This document shows, one piece after another, positions 62,286 to 64,000 of a stretch of 64,000 bases of DNA; position 1 is the stretch's first letter, and every line of letters begins with the position of its first letter. Made by a program: the position numbers and the translations under genes. The notes below the pieces were generated by a model. It did not search any database and was not told the DNA's origin. It saw only the letters and a program-made list of their open reading frames with translations. Source of the DNA: Paraphysomonas bandaiensis (Eukaryota; Protista; Chrysophyceae); assembly GCA_965644295.1 (NCBI GenBank), contig CBFFRP010000069.1, positions 62,001 through 126,000 of the forward strand, in the 5' to 3' direction.

Positions 62286-62478
62286 TATAGCGAGAATGGT
62301 TGCACCTTGGTGCTTGCGGGTATGCACAAGCAATTCTCGTAGCGTTAAATAGTAGGATAATAGAGTTTGTACTAGTTAGTTACAGGTAGACGTCTACTAT
62401 CTAGCTTGACTAGTTCCATCTCTAGCTACTACGCTGGTGAAGATTTTTAACGCCTATTGCTAATAATAGGACTTTCAA
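62286..62478 (+). mobile_element. LINE-tail family copy (SINE-like, or the 3' end of a related LINE)
   Basis: GCGAGAATGGTTGCACCTTGGTGCTTGCGGGTATGCACAAGCAATTCTCGT...TTTTAACGCCTATTGCTAATAATAGGACTTTCAA. Confidence 0.75.
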
Positions 62479-62904
62479 TCATATCTATCACTCTCTGCTA
62501 AAGTATACTTATGTATCGCACTTTGTGCTACTCAAGCGTTCAAAAGACGGTAGCGTATAATGATGAAAATAATAATAACTATATTATAACATATATAATT
62601 AGTCTTTGCACATTACCCCCCATTACACATATGAGTTTATTTTACCTATTGCACACTATTGACTCACTTCAATTGCACAATATAGTGTATCGCATTTTGC
62701 TGCAGAACACAACACACCCGCCTCCATTCATTCACTCCACACACTAGTTGCAATCTCAACAAGTTTCTTTCATTGATGCTGCACTTTGACTATATCCAGG
62801 AATAATGGTGTAGGCTCGTCAATAACTATCCCAACTTTTCGTGTAATCCGCTATAATATAGACATGGATACACAGCTTATTTTGTCAATGTAGCTACCAT
62901 AGAC

Positions 62905-64000
62905 CAGGGCCTGGTAGCCATTAATGGCACATTAATGGTAGTCCAGTTCCCGGCAATTATAATGGCATTAATGAAAAAAGTCCCCGCAATTATAATGGCC
63001 ATTGATACCTACTAACTTAAAGTAGATAACACCACTCATATAATAGATTATTAGTGTTGTGCTCCCTTAATTACTAATTTTTAGTTAAATAGCAGACTAC
63101 AAATTTTAACTACTTCTCGCTCTCTACTGGCACATCAGGATCTTCTTGCAGGGCTTCATGGAGGGTATAAACATCCCACAACATGTAATTGGCTCGTAGG
63201 AATAGCAACGATTCTTGACGATATGGATTCATGTTTCTACGCTCAGGTGTCATAATCTACTTTGCACGACTATAAAGAGCCTTTCAACAACACTAGATTG
63301 TGCTTCAATATGAAGCAAGCAGCGGTAGTTGAACTCATAGGTACCAAGTCGAGTTCTCTTGGTGACCTCGGCGCTGTCCAGAACACGCTGTGCAAAATCA
63401 GTTCTTTCACTCTCGTCCTCGTTATTTCTGTCGGGTACACCAACCTCCATGGATGAATCCAGTTGCAAATGTCTAACTGCTCTTCTATCATTACCTGTCA
63501 ACTCTCTTTCATCGTTCCCTTGAATTTTAGCCACTGCCTTCTCTATGGCATAGACTGAAGCTTGCAACCCACCTGATGTCATCTCCTCGTCAAAGGATGT
63601 CCACCAGTTTGCATCAGTGAACATATTGAGATCAATTTCTTTCCGTTATATTGAATGCCTATTTCCACAGAGCCTCGTATACATACTACATTAAATACAT
63701 CATGAGTTTGCATACAGTGACATTCACTTTTTCGTTGGTAATCGTGACACAGTGTGATGTGTGATGTGTGATATATCCGGCCTAGCATTCATAGATATTG
63801 AATATTGTCCACAAACTTCTGCTCCTCAGCCGAATACACATGTTCCATTCCCACTTTAATCCATCATACTCATGACTTTATTAAGTAGTGGGAATCACTG
63901 AGCCTTATCCTGTGGTCCCAGAAACTCCACTCACTTCAACAGAGAACATGAATACTGATTCTTGCATACATGAATAGCTTAGAACTTATGAACAAATTCC
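62905..64000 (-). mobile_element. Degenerate hAT transposon (transposase 3' part); runs off the window
   Basis: TIR CAGGGCCTGGTAGCCATTAATGG and subterminal repeats nearly identical to the 15657 MITE; ORF relic YRCLLHIEAQSSVVERLF (hAT dimerization motif). Confidence 0.85.

Overview
Eukaryotic nuclear DNA. It is gene-dense with short GT-AG introns (about 45-90 nt) and AT-rich intergenic spacers; gene content suggests a stramenopile, possibly chrysophyte-like (inference only). About 20 protein-coding genes are present, several in head-to-head pairs, among them an ABHD12-like hydrolase, a bacterial-type class V aminotransferase, PSP1, a DUF3712-like protein, a 20-finger zinc-finger protein, an SV2-type MFS transporter, a globin, DsbA/FrnE, ABCG, tandem RGS, Rce1, SHAQKYF-MYB, a gamma-CA-like protein, OTU, ceramidase, RRM and an aquaporin. 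Mobile elements include an RNase H-bearing LINE, SINE-like partners, two hAT families, a Mutator-type MITE and a Copia relic. Three observations stand out. (1) A DsbA/FrnE-like gene missed by the ORF track has an in-frame TGA exactly at the catalytic Cys (SDVM-U-PNG) and a compact, atypical SECIS-like hairpin just after the stop codon. (2) Seven LINE/SINE copies share a covarying structured-RNA core, six of them also share a 3' tail, and three of the short copies have a fixed 5' end without Pol III boxes. (3) A full-size ABCG has both ATPase domains degenerate.
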